Source: Eledone cirrhosa (taxonomy: Eukaryota). From it: DNA of 64,000 bases. Each line of letters begins with the position of its first letter. Within the stretch, counting starts at the first letter, position 1. The translations under genes were made by a program, and so were the position numbers. A model generated the notes under the pieces. That model was not told the DNA's origin. It was given only the letters and a program-made list of their open reading frames with translations, and made no database searches. The stretch lies in NCBI GenBank assembly GCA_964016885.1, contig OZ024742.1, forward strand, positions 113,460,001 to 113,524,000, in the 5' to 3' direction. This document shows positions 1-9,839 of the stretch, piece by piece.

Positions 1-579
1 GGGTTTGAGTATTCTGGCTAGGACCCATGGAATTTTGTAGAGCGGTCCTTCCACGCTCGATACAATAGGTCTGATATTCAGGTCGCGTTCCTGTTTGTGT
101 GTTTTCACAAGGTGGTAGAAGGCGTGTAGTCTGCTCTTCCTCGTGAGGAGGTTGTATCTGAGCTTCTTCGGGAGCTTCGGCCGGTCACAGATGTTGGTCT
201 AGGCGGCGTTGATCTGCGCGGGAGTGATTCCTGTGACTTTGGAGTAGAGGTTGACGTTGTCATGGTGTTGGAGGGGCAGGGTATTATAGACCTCTCTGCT
301 GATGACGCAGAATTAATTTCCCTTGTCGGAGGGGTGGTAGATGAGGTTCTTCGATTTCAAGTTGGAGAGAGTGGTGAGTTGAGATTTAGTGAGGTTGTGT
401 GTTGTGCGTATGTGCGTGTTTTTGTGTAGGATATCAGAGATGGAGTGTTTTAACCTGAAGAATTTAGTGTCGAGTTCGTGGTTGGTAGGTGGGGGTGAAG
501 TGGGTTGTAGAGGTGGTAAGAGGGAACCTTGGGGCGCGTTATAATTATTTAAACGATGGTTTTCACGAAGGAAATTCAT
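1..579 (-). pseudogene. Penelope-like element, N-terminal/RT fragment running off the window edge
   Basis: ORF 313..579 ends NLTKSQLTTLSNLKSKNLIYHPSDKG (PLE DKG motif). Reading through two stops gives ...FYHLVKTHK...IRPIVSSVEGPLYKIPWVLARILKP, typical of PLE RT motifs 1-2. Confidence 0.85.
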
Positions 580-999
580 ATTTTATTCTGAAACAAGACT
601 ATATATAAATAATGTTCACTATTTAAATCGAGCAAAACGCATTTCTAATCTCGTTAGCTACTAGGGAAGTAGATACTTACAACTCTCGTGAGTTATATAG
701 ATATAATTTCCACCGTGTATTAACAGTATAATCAACTGAGATGATTAGCAACAATATATTTTCTGGAAAATGGGTTTCCTGAGAATTATATTGATCTCGA
801 TGACAAAGAAACAGTCTGGGAACAAAAGGAAATCGTAGCATTTTCATTATAAATTGGAGATAATAAATGGGAATCTAGCAATTGAACGATAGTAGTTGTG
901 TCATATTTTTTGCTTATTTCGCTTTAATGCGTTAGATTTTCACAAATTCTTTTGCACAGAAAAAATATGATTTGAGCTATAAAAATCGAGATTTATATA

Positions 1000-2420
1000 T
1001 AACCATCAGTGGTACCCTACGGTGCACGGGATAAGGTATTTTAGAACGCGGCCCGCCAACAGACCTTATCGTTTAAAAATTGCATGCCTGGACAATATGT
1101 AAATAAAATAAACCAAATACTCTGATGGCTGGATAATCTTTCAGATTTTCCTCGATGAAGCAGGAAAAATGCAGGTCTTCACCTAATGTGGGCCCTAGGC
1201 CATAAAAAAGTTGGATTTTATTTGCTCACGATATGAAGAAGAGACTGATTAATACATAGTTACAATTTCTAGGAAATCGGTCGGACGTAACACCTCAAAA
1301 AACCCCTAAAAACCTGAAACAAAACGCAGTTTTTCACATAATGCGGGCCCCAAAGAACCAAACAGTTGAATTGTTTTATTTGAATAACACTCCATGAAAC
1401 ATAAGTAATACACATGTAAAGATTGAACAAAGTCGGTTAAGTACTTCTCCATTTATTTTATAATTCAAACTCACACACACACACACACGCACACACGCAC
1501 ATACACACGCATACACACACATCCTCAGGGAAGGTACGTAATGCAGACAGGCAGACATACAGACAGATATTATAAGGGCCCGTTCTGGGCGCAGAGGGAA
1601 TTCTGGGAAGAGACGTAATGCAGATAGCCAGACATACAGACATTATAAGGGCTCCACGTTATATACATGTATCTATCTAATAAGAACAAGACTAAGAATT
1701 ATAGAGAGAGATTGCTAAATCACCTTATGACGTCTCTAGGTCATTGAAGATTTGAAATTTTGTTTGGCTCAGAACACTCACTGAAACATAAGTATTACAT
1801 GTGTAAATATTCAAAATAGTCGGTTGGGTGATTCTCGAGTTGTAGGGATTCAAACTCACACATACAAACATCCTTAGTTTTATATATATAGAGACTAGCA
1901 GAAAACCACCCACCGGGTGGTTTTCTGCTAGTCTATATATCTAAAACAGAGAATGTCTGTCTGTCTGTCAGCTCACTAAAACTTGAGAACGATCCAACCG
2001 ATTGTTTTCAAACTTTAGACATGTAATACTTATGGTCCTGTGGGTGTTTTGAGCAAAAGTTATTTCAAATTGTCAATGCCCTAGGGACCGCATTAGGCGA
2101 TTTAGCGTTCTCTCTATAACATTCTTAGTCTTTCTTTTTAGATAGATACATAGATATAACGTTCCGCCCTTATAATATCTGTATGTATGTCTGTTTGACT
2201 GCATTACGTCATTATGACGCGCTCAGCGCGATTCCCTCGGCCTCAGTGACCAAAGTCAATGGAGAGGGGAAGGTAATGTTTATGTAGCATGTGTTTTAGG
2301 GTCTATTCACTCTCTCCCCCGCTCTCCCTCCCGCTATCCCCCTCTCGTAGTCTGTCTCTACGCACGTGTTTCCACTGTCGGACAGACATACAGATAAATT
2401 GCTGGTTATATATATAAGTA
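1000..2420. mobile_element. Non-autonomous Helitron-like elements, two diverged copies back-to-back
   Basis: TCTATATAT...(TGTC)n 5'-type starts on both strands beside a hairpin ending CTAGT at 1892-1934. Arms ~1610-1890 and ~1933-2210 are homologous in inverted orientation. Confidence 0.55.
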
Positions 2421-2884
2421 GATTACAATATGAACACATTTTACATGCTCTCATATATGAATACATTTCGATTTCACTATGTTACATACTTGGCTTAATA
2501 TTAATAGCCCGTCAAGCGCCCAGCTTAAACAGGTGATCATACGCAAAATGTCTCTCGCACTTTCCCTCTTTCTATCTCTCTCTGTCTGTCTCCTACCATT
2601 CTCTCTCTCTCTCTATATATATATATATAAAGTTATACTTGGGGAGGGTCATATTTGTGTAATATTGCCAGAATTAATAACATATATATATATATATTAA
2701 TAACATATATATATGCGGATTAACAAATAATAGTTAAATGCAGTCCACTTAGGTGAAGTCCAGTTCTGGTATTCCAGGTAGTGGATGATGTTAACGCTTG
2801 GCTTGGTTTGACTCAACAAGGCGTTTTCATAGTGATGCTGCGGGTATGCCGTAATTCCTATGTTGTAAACACTTGGAGTAATAA

Positions 2885-3000
2885 TAAATCAGGAAAGAAG
2901 GTTTACATGGTTTGCTATACAAAAAAGTTTTTAATCACATAGCTATGTGATTAAAAACTTTTTTTTATAGCAAACCATGTAAACATTCTTTCCTGATTTA
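2885..3000. repeat. 116-bp near-perfect palindrome with no spacer
   Basis: Self-complementary with two mismatches, centred on CATAGCTATG (2938-2947). Confidence 0.9.
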
Positions 3001-3149
3001 ACATATATATATATATTAAGTTTGCTAAGGATAACTCCGACCTTACAAACGATGAAATTAAGATTATATTAGAAGCTAGGAAAACTATAGTCAAATTTGA
3101 GAACAGTTATTGGGTACGTAAAGATAGACCCTCTAACTTTGACATAACA

Positions 3150-4514
3150 ATGGGCTCTAACGATTCGGCGGAAATAACTGATATTGTGGGGTTATTTATC
3201 GCCTTTAGACTCCAGGAAAAATTCAGCAATCTCCACGGCGGAATATACCGCGACGATGTTCTCCTCCTAGCTAAAAACCTTAATAACCAAAAACTAGAAA
3301 AACTACGCAAAGATATAAGAAAACTACTACTCGAAATAGGACTAACTATAACATATGAATACAACCTTAAAGTAGTTAACTTCCTGGATGTCACACTCAA
3401 TTTAAACTCTGGTTTGATTAAACCGTTTCATAAATTGAATGAAAATCTCAAATACGTAAATGTTGGGTCTAACCACCCCATCTCTATAATTAAATCTATC
3501 CCTAAAAATATTTCCCTTAGAATCTCGGGTCTATCTTCTAACATACAAGTATTTAAGGAACACGCCGAGTACTACGATAACGCCCTTAGTAAAGCAGGCT
3601 ACCTCAACAAAATAGAGTACATAGATGGGAACAATCAAAACACCCAAAATAAATCCCACATAGGTAGATATAATAACACAACACCAAACCACACTTACTA
3701 CCATAGTATGCACACCAGTAAACCAACAAACAAAACTAATAGAAAGCGATGCAAAGAGTACTTATGGTATAACCCCGAATACAATAGCTCCATTAGTACA
3801 AATTTACCAGTACTCTTCTTTAAAATAATTAAAAGACATTTTCCCACATCACACAAATACCACAAAATCCTAAACCCTACCACTATAAGACTGTCATACT
3901 CTACAGCGTTAAACCTTGAACAACACATAAAAAAGATCAATACTAGAAGGTTAAACGAAAACACTAAGAACTTAAGTACAAAGAACCCCCCAAAAACAGT
4001 AGACAATACACTACAGAACATAAATAAACCACACCTAAGTTCGTCCGCAATACTACTCCAGAGAAAACCCAACGTACACAACTGTAACTGCACCTATCCT
4101 GACAACTGCCCCCTCGGCAATAACTGCCTGGAAAAAAATATTATTTATAAGTGTACCATTAAATCCGGAGGCAACGAGTGGTATTACGTGGGATCAACGG
4201 CAACATCGTTTAAATCTCGATTGTATAGGCATTCTTACTCAATAAAACACCAGAGCCAAAGAAATGTAACAACTTTAGCAGAGAAAGCTTGGACGCTCAG
4301 GGATAGCAATCAAAAGTTTACCCTAAAATGGGAAAAATTAGCTAAAACCCAAAGCTTTTCCAGGAGCCAAAATTTCTGCAAATTGTGTAATCTTGAGATT
4401 TATTACATAATCACACACAAGAAGAAACTGCTGAATAACAGAATTGAACGAACATTATTCTGCCGTCACAGAACTAAAACCCTTTTTTCCCACTACAAGC
4501 CGAATATTACATAA
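3150..4514 (+). CDS. PLE polyprotein C-terminal half: RT motifs B-E, thumb, GIY-YIG endonuclease
   Basis: MGSNDSAEITD, YRDD, VNFLDVTL, CNC-x4-CPL..NCL, IIYKC...YYVGST..FKSRLYRH and CKLC motifs. Homology extends upstream to ~3020. Confidence 0.9.
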   Translation: MGSNDSAEITDIVGLFIAFRLQEKFSNLHGGIYRDDVLLLAKNLNNQKLEKLRKDIRKLLLEIGLTITYEYNLKVVNFLDVTLNLNSGLIKPFHKLNENLKYVNVGSNHPISIIKSIPKNISLRISGLSSNIQVFKEHAEYYDNALSKAGYLNKIEYIDGNNQNTQNKSHIGRYNNTTPNHTYYHSMHTSKPTNKTNRKRCKEYLWYNPEYNSSISTNLPVLFFKIIKRHFPTSHKYHKILNPTTIRLSYSTALNLEQHIKKINTRRLNENTKNLSTKNPPKTVDNTLQNINKPHLSSSAILLQRKPNVHNCNCTYPDNCPLGNNCLEKNIIYKCTIKSGGNEWYYVGSTATSFKSRLYRHSYSIKHQSQRNVTTLAEKAWTLRDSNQKFTLKWEKLAKTQSFSRSQNFCKLCNLEIYYIITHKKKLLNNRIERTLFCRHRTKTLFSHYKPNIT

Positions 4515-4783
4515 AAGAGGGACATGCCCCAACTATATAAACCTTAATCTAGTTAGAAAAATATAAAAACAATCTCTTTTCAACATATATTAATAACCTT
4601 AAATTACCATACTAATAATGAAAAGATATGCTGATGAGAATAGGTACAAATATGCGATAATGAATGTGTCTAAAAACGTCCATAAGTATGTATATATATG
4701 TGAAAATGTATATAAATAAGTAAATATATATATATGTTTGATGTGTATAGTTAGATGTAAGTGTATTCATGTATTAAAGTGCT

Positions 4784-4816
<33 letters not shown>

Positions 4817-4833
4817 ATATGTGTGTATATATG

Positions 4834-4874
<41 letters not shown>

Positions 4875-5464
4875 GTATATGTATATATGTATATATATAT
4901 GTGTATGTATGTATGTGTATATGGATGTGTATGTATGTGTATGTGTGTACACATGGACTAGAGTATGTATGTATATATGTGTGTGTCTATACGTGTGTAT
5001 ATATAAAGATAAGTTGAGTATGAAAATGTATACACATGAGCGCGTATGTATGTACATGAATACATGTGTGTATATATATGTGTATGCATGTGTATATATA
5101 TGTAAGTATGAATATGTGAATTGTGAGTATATGTATTTTGTAGAGGTGTGCAAATATATTTGTGTGTGAATGCGTGGGTGAAAGAATACGTACACTTGAA
5201 AGAAAAATTGAAGTCTGAATGTTAAGTGCAAACACAAAACCAACCACGCATATCTTTACTATCTCTAATCCTTCTATAGATTTAGAAAAATAACCAATAA
5301 TATATTCTATAAAAAATGTCAAAACAACAGATGGGAATCTAATTAATCACTGCCACCAAGAATTCTCACTGCTATCGAAAAACCACTCCTTCAACTATTC
5401 TTCTAACAACTTCACCCCTTCCTCCTAATATTCTCTATAAAAACTAAATAGGTCCTCAGTAATA

Positions 5465-5581
5465 TTATTCTGATGAAATGACAGTAAATAATAACATTGA
5501 AATATTGAATGTCTGCATAACTAAAAGTTTGTAGATAGCTGTTTTAGGTTATGTAACTGTTATAGAAACACGTGTCAATAA
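5465..5581 (+). ncRNA. Type I hammerhead ribozyme with greatly extended stem II
   Basis: ttatt-CTGATGA(5470-76)-a atgacagt...actgttat a-GAAA(5565-68)-CACGTG-TC-aataa. Stem I ttatt/aataa, palindromic stem III, GUC cleavage triplet. Confidence 0.7.
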
Positions 5582-5615
5582 ATTCCTTTCAACTAAACTG
5601 TATCCATTCAAATCT

Positions 5616-5689
<74 letters not shown>

Positions 5690-5716
5690 ATGACGTATAT
5701 ATATATATATATATAT

Positions 5717-5765
<49 letters not shown>

Positions 5766-5875
5766 GTGTGTGTGTGGTAGCAAGTTTTTCAACAGTCACG
5801 TGCGTGTAAACGTAATTAATGATATTTAAAGATCTCACCCCGCTACTGTATTACCATAGTAATACATATTTAGTT

Positions 5876-6270
5876 GATTGGCAGTATCGGTAGAGGTTCT
5901 GACGCCATGCTTTGCAGCAAAGAGCTACGGCCCCTTATGGTCTGAGTTCAAATCCCGCCGAGGTTAACTTACGGGGTCGATATATTAAAGTACCAGTAAT
6001 AAACTGTATATTGCTGGCATTGTGCCAACAGTAGAAACAATTATACATATCGTGGATTGGCAGTATCGCTAGAGCTTCGGATACCATGTTTTTCAACATA
6101 GAGTTTCACCCCTTTACGTTCCGTTTTCAAATCCCGCTGAGGTTAGCGTTGCATTTCATCCTGAAGGGCTCGATAAAATAAAGCACCAGTAACATACTGG
6201 GGACGATTTAATAGACTTTCCACCCCGCAAAACGTGCTGGCCTTGTGCCTCTAGTAGAAATCATTATATG
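5876..6270 (+). mobile_element. Two tandem tRNA-derived SINE copies (MetaSINE-like)
   Basis: A-box-like TGGCAGTATCGG, B-box GAGTTCAAATCC, central GCCTTTCATCC...GGGGTCGATAAAATAAAGTACCAG domain, tail TGCTGGCCTTGTGCC. Confidence 0.85.
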
Positions 6271-7741
6271 CATCGTATTTGATTTGATATTCGTCTCCCC
6301 TATATGCTCAGCAATCAATAATTATAATTAAAAAAATAGCATGTCGTCGTGGTAATTCATACCCTATCGTGGGACTTACTTTATTCTATCTTTGATATCA
6401 ACGGAAATGAAAGACATTTGATGAAATGTGCCACATCAGCAGATATCTCAAATATAAACATGGACAGGGAACGAATACAAGAAAGGCAGTTTTCTGAAGA
6501 AAAACAAACTCTTGCTTCTGTTTCTGATGGTGTGAATGCATTGCTGGATCACGAGAAAGATAGTGATAGAAACAAACGAATAACACATTATCTCTAACAT
6601 GTGTTAAAGATTCATTTGTTTCAAGAAGGATACAATAAACTCCATTACCTAATTATCAAATCAAAACATAGGTAAATTGAAAGACAATTTTGATATTGGC
6701 GAGATTTAACTGCAAGATAAAAAATAAATAGGGCAATACATTTAGCCTAACATTCTTATACAATCTCTCAATTATTATTGTTATGAGTTTATGTCTGCAA
6801 GCCGACGTTTAATCACAAATTATCCGGCATGTACGTAATATTTTAATTCATTTTTCTAGGGCCGTAATATAATTGATGCAGTTTCTACCTTTAGCTTGTC
6901 GACTAACTGCATAAATGTTTCAATTATAGCAGCACATTTAATGTTAATTATAGAAAACGTTTTCTCTCTTAAATCTGACAGGATTCTGGGTAAATCTTGA
7001 AACTAATTAATATTGCATGCGGGTAGTGATGAGTGCATTAGTTTAATGTAAACAGGAAACATGAAACTATTAGAGGCATACCTACTATATGACCTAACAG
7101 CAATATAGCTGTTTTTTCTAGCAATTACAACGTAATACTGGGTTTCATCAATTTGCTACCACTAGTACATGTTTGAAAATAATATTACGGAAGCAATGGC
7201 AAATGCTTCACGAGCATTTTAATGTAATGGCCTGTGAACCGATTTAAGATATTTGATCGCTAATACTCTATTTCTGTTGCTTTTATTTACTTCTGTGTGA
7301 AGGAAGCACAATGGCAATGGGCATCGTCTAAAAGAATATGATGGTATTTCGATTAAACTATAGCAAATTAAGTTATGTGAAAAAGACGAACTGATAGGAA
7401 GTTCCAATATGCAGTCATTGAGAGTAGGATTAACAGTGCTGCCTGATAAATGTACAAGCTATAGTTTCTGTTCACAACCTAGATGATGACATGTACATTG
7501 AGGAAAATAGGTGGAGATTAAGTGAAGGTTGTAGGACTACAGACAGCCCCATGTAATAGATGTTTTAAAATGTTTGGAGGATATAGCAGTATCATAGGGG
7601 GGAGCACACGTGTGGTCCATTTCATTTCTGAAATATTTCATTATTTCACGAATAAATATTTTTTATCTTTTGACAGAAAAGAATGAGAAAATGTGTATTT
7701 TATTTTAATTCACGGTTTGAAATATAATTATTAATTTAACT

Positions 7742-8165
7742 ATTAGAATTGGCGCTCTGAAATAGCTATATATATATTTCGCAATACACTGTATGCTTAA
7801 TTAAAAGCATTTCGAAAACCTTATGCTATTGTTTTAGAGTAGTGACAGTCTCACTTACTTTAAATTTTCAGCAAGCAGGGGGAGATAAAGCTGACATAGC
7901 TATGTTTCGTAGTGATTGGTACTTATCAAAGCCAAGTACCCCACCTGTTTGCTGAAAATCATGAATGTTTCATTCTTATAGAATTTCTAGTAATAATCAG
8001 GGTACTTGGCTTTGATAAGTACCAATCAGATCGAACCATAGCTCTGTCAGCTTTATCTCCGACTGTTTGCTGAAAATTTAAAGTAAGTGAGACGGTCACT
8101 ACTCTAAAACAATAGCATAAGGTCTTCGAAATGATTTTAATTAAGCGTACAGTAAAATACACTAT
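7742..8165. mobile_element. Non-coding hammerhead element as an inverted pair (family A, related to 20425-21225)
   Basis: Arms 7788-7941 and 8000-8153 are reverse complements; each carries an HHR motif. Confidence 0.85.
7889..7933 (-). ncRNA. Type I hammerhead with U3-A8 core variant
   Basis: Minus strand: ggct-TTGATAA-gta ccaatcac tac-GAAA-CATAGCTATG-TC-agct. Confidence 0.75.
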
Positions 8166-8514
8166 ACATACATTTAATATAAATATATTAGTGTTAACAT
8201 TTTTGAAATTTCAAGACGTATAAATGGAGATCTCATAAACATATCAATTCAATATAAATGATGATGTTAGGAAAATAAATCAGACATAATCAAAATGTAA
8301 AATCATTTGATAGATATCATGAAATGCCAAAAGTTAGTATTGTAAGACCAAATACATTACAATCATTCACGTGGAACTAATAGACTTCATAATAGACTTC
8401 AGTAGACAACCCAAGTGACAAGCGTGTATTCACGATTACTAATTTCAAAGTGATTGGAATTGATTAATTTTCCTTGTACATACGCACACACACGCACTCA
8501 CACACACACACCCA

Positions 8515-8571
<57 letters not shown>

Positions 8572-8575
8572 TTTT

Positions 8576-8801
8576 TATTTAATTACATAATAAACAACAC
8601 GATATAATTATTCCATTTTCCATTATCAAAGGTTTAACGATACTAGACGATTCTTACAGAAATGTCCAGTTCGGTCATCACTTGAATAGAAAACTACTTC
8701 ATCTGATGAACGAACCGGACGTATCTGTAAGGATAGTCTAGTCTCCTGAAATCTTTGGTAATGGAATAATTATATTGTGTTATTTATTATGTAATTAAAT
8801 A
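8576..8801. mobile_element. Short inverted-pair hammerhead element (family B)
   Basis: Arms ~8576-8680 and ~8703-8801 are diverged reverse complements, adjacent to a (CA)n(TA)n tract. Confidence 0.75.
8698..8765 (+). ncRNA. Type I hammerhead with long stem II
   Basis: ttcat-CTGATGA(8703-09)-acga accggac...gtctagt ctcct-GAAA(8748-51)-tctttgg-TA-atgga. The two-arm consensus restores stem II (acga/tcgt, actggac/gtctagt). Confidence 0.6.
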
Positions 8802-8966
8802 GCTATGTACTCTACATAGAGCAATGTCCTTTCTTTTCCCTTTTCTACTGAAAATCTTAACACGCACACACACACATACACACACGTACCCACACATACA
8901 CACACACACACTTGCACACACTCATACACACACATACCCACACATACACACATACACCCCCCATCC

Positions 8967-9004
<38 letters not shown>

Positions 9005-9839
9005 GGATGGGGGTATATGTGTGTGCATATATATATACATATATATATATGCATACGATTAAATTTGTTGGTTTACCACTGGGTAGAAGCGGTCATTCTG
9101 CAATGTTAATCATGACGTAATATGAGAAAAGCACACGACGTTATGCTACGGATCTATCTTCGATGTTGGATCACATTGGCGGCAACAGAGTAAATGTGTT
9201 ATACTTGTGTGAGTGATTGATTGTCCCACCTGCCCCTTGGGCTACATTCGCTATGTAATAATATACGATAGTGTCTTTATATTATAGTGACAGACTTGTT
9301 GGAATGTATGTGGATTACAGCCTGTATGACGTTGGGACTGACCTGCACCTGGAACCTAGGGAGTGCTTCGGATAGGGTATAGTTTTTCCTGTCTCACTAT
9401 AGCCACCTTAGCATCAATTTTGATACGTATTGACATTAGCACTAACTTCACTGGTATGGATGGCTACGGATGCATAGCATATTGCGACACCGGCTGGCTA
9501 TAGATGCCGATCTAGCTACAATCGGGGGCGATTGCGTCTGTCCACCTCCTTGATTGCTTAGAAATAAACTAAATTTCCCTTTTCTATGGTAAACCGTAAT
9601 TAATCATAATTGTTGGGGGCTATGTCGGCCCGTGTTTGTTGGGGTGTCACCTTCTGAAGCTGTTGTTAACCGCCATACATTGTGTTATTTGTTTTATTAG
9701 ATCGCTGATTTACACAACTCTATAATTAGAAACTTTAACGTAACTGGTCTACTTATTTAATTAAACCTTAACCTTTTTTAAACACATATATTTAATTTTC
9801 AATTCCTAGAATTAAACCTAACCCTAACTTCTCTACATA

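Larger units (their letters stand above)
3017..5617 (+). mobile_element. 5'-truncated Penelope-like element with long microsatellite-rich 3' region and terminal hammerhead
   Basis: Bounded by (TA)n on both sides; contains the RT/GIY-YIG ORF and an HHR at 5465-5581. Confidence 0.85.

Noticed and set aside
2780-2875. Minus-strand GAAA-acgc...gcgt-TA with stems resembling an HHR
   Set aside because: The 5' core reads TTACAAC, not CTGANGA.
4627-4685. tatg-CTGATGA...AAAAC-GTC-cata hammerhead-like motif just after the PLE ORF
   Set aside because: G12 is missing and there is no room for stem III; at best a relic.
4738-5322. Many YI/CV/HT-rich ORFs here and elsewhere in the track
   Set aside because: Translations of (TA)n, (TG)n and (CA)n microsatellites.
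9760-9830. CCTAACCCTAAC telomere-like sequence
   Set aside because: Only about two units; not an interstitial telomere array.
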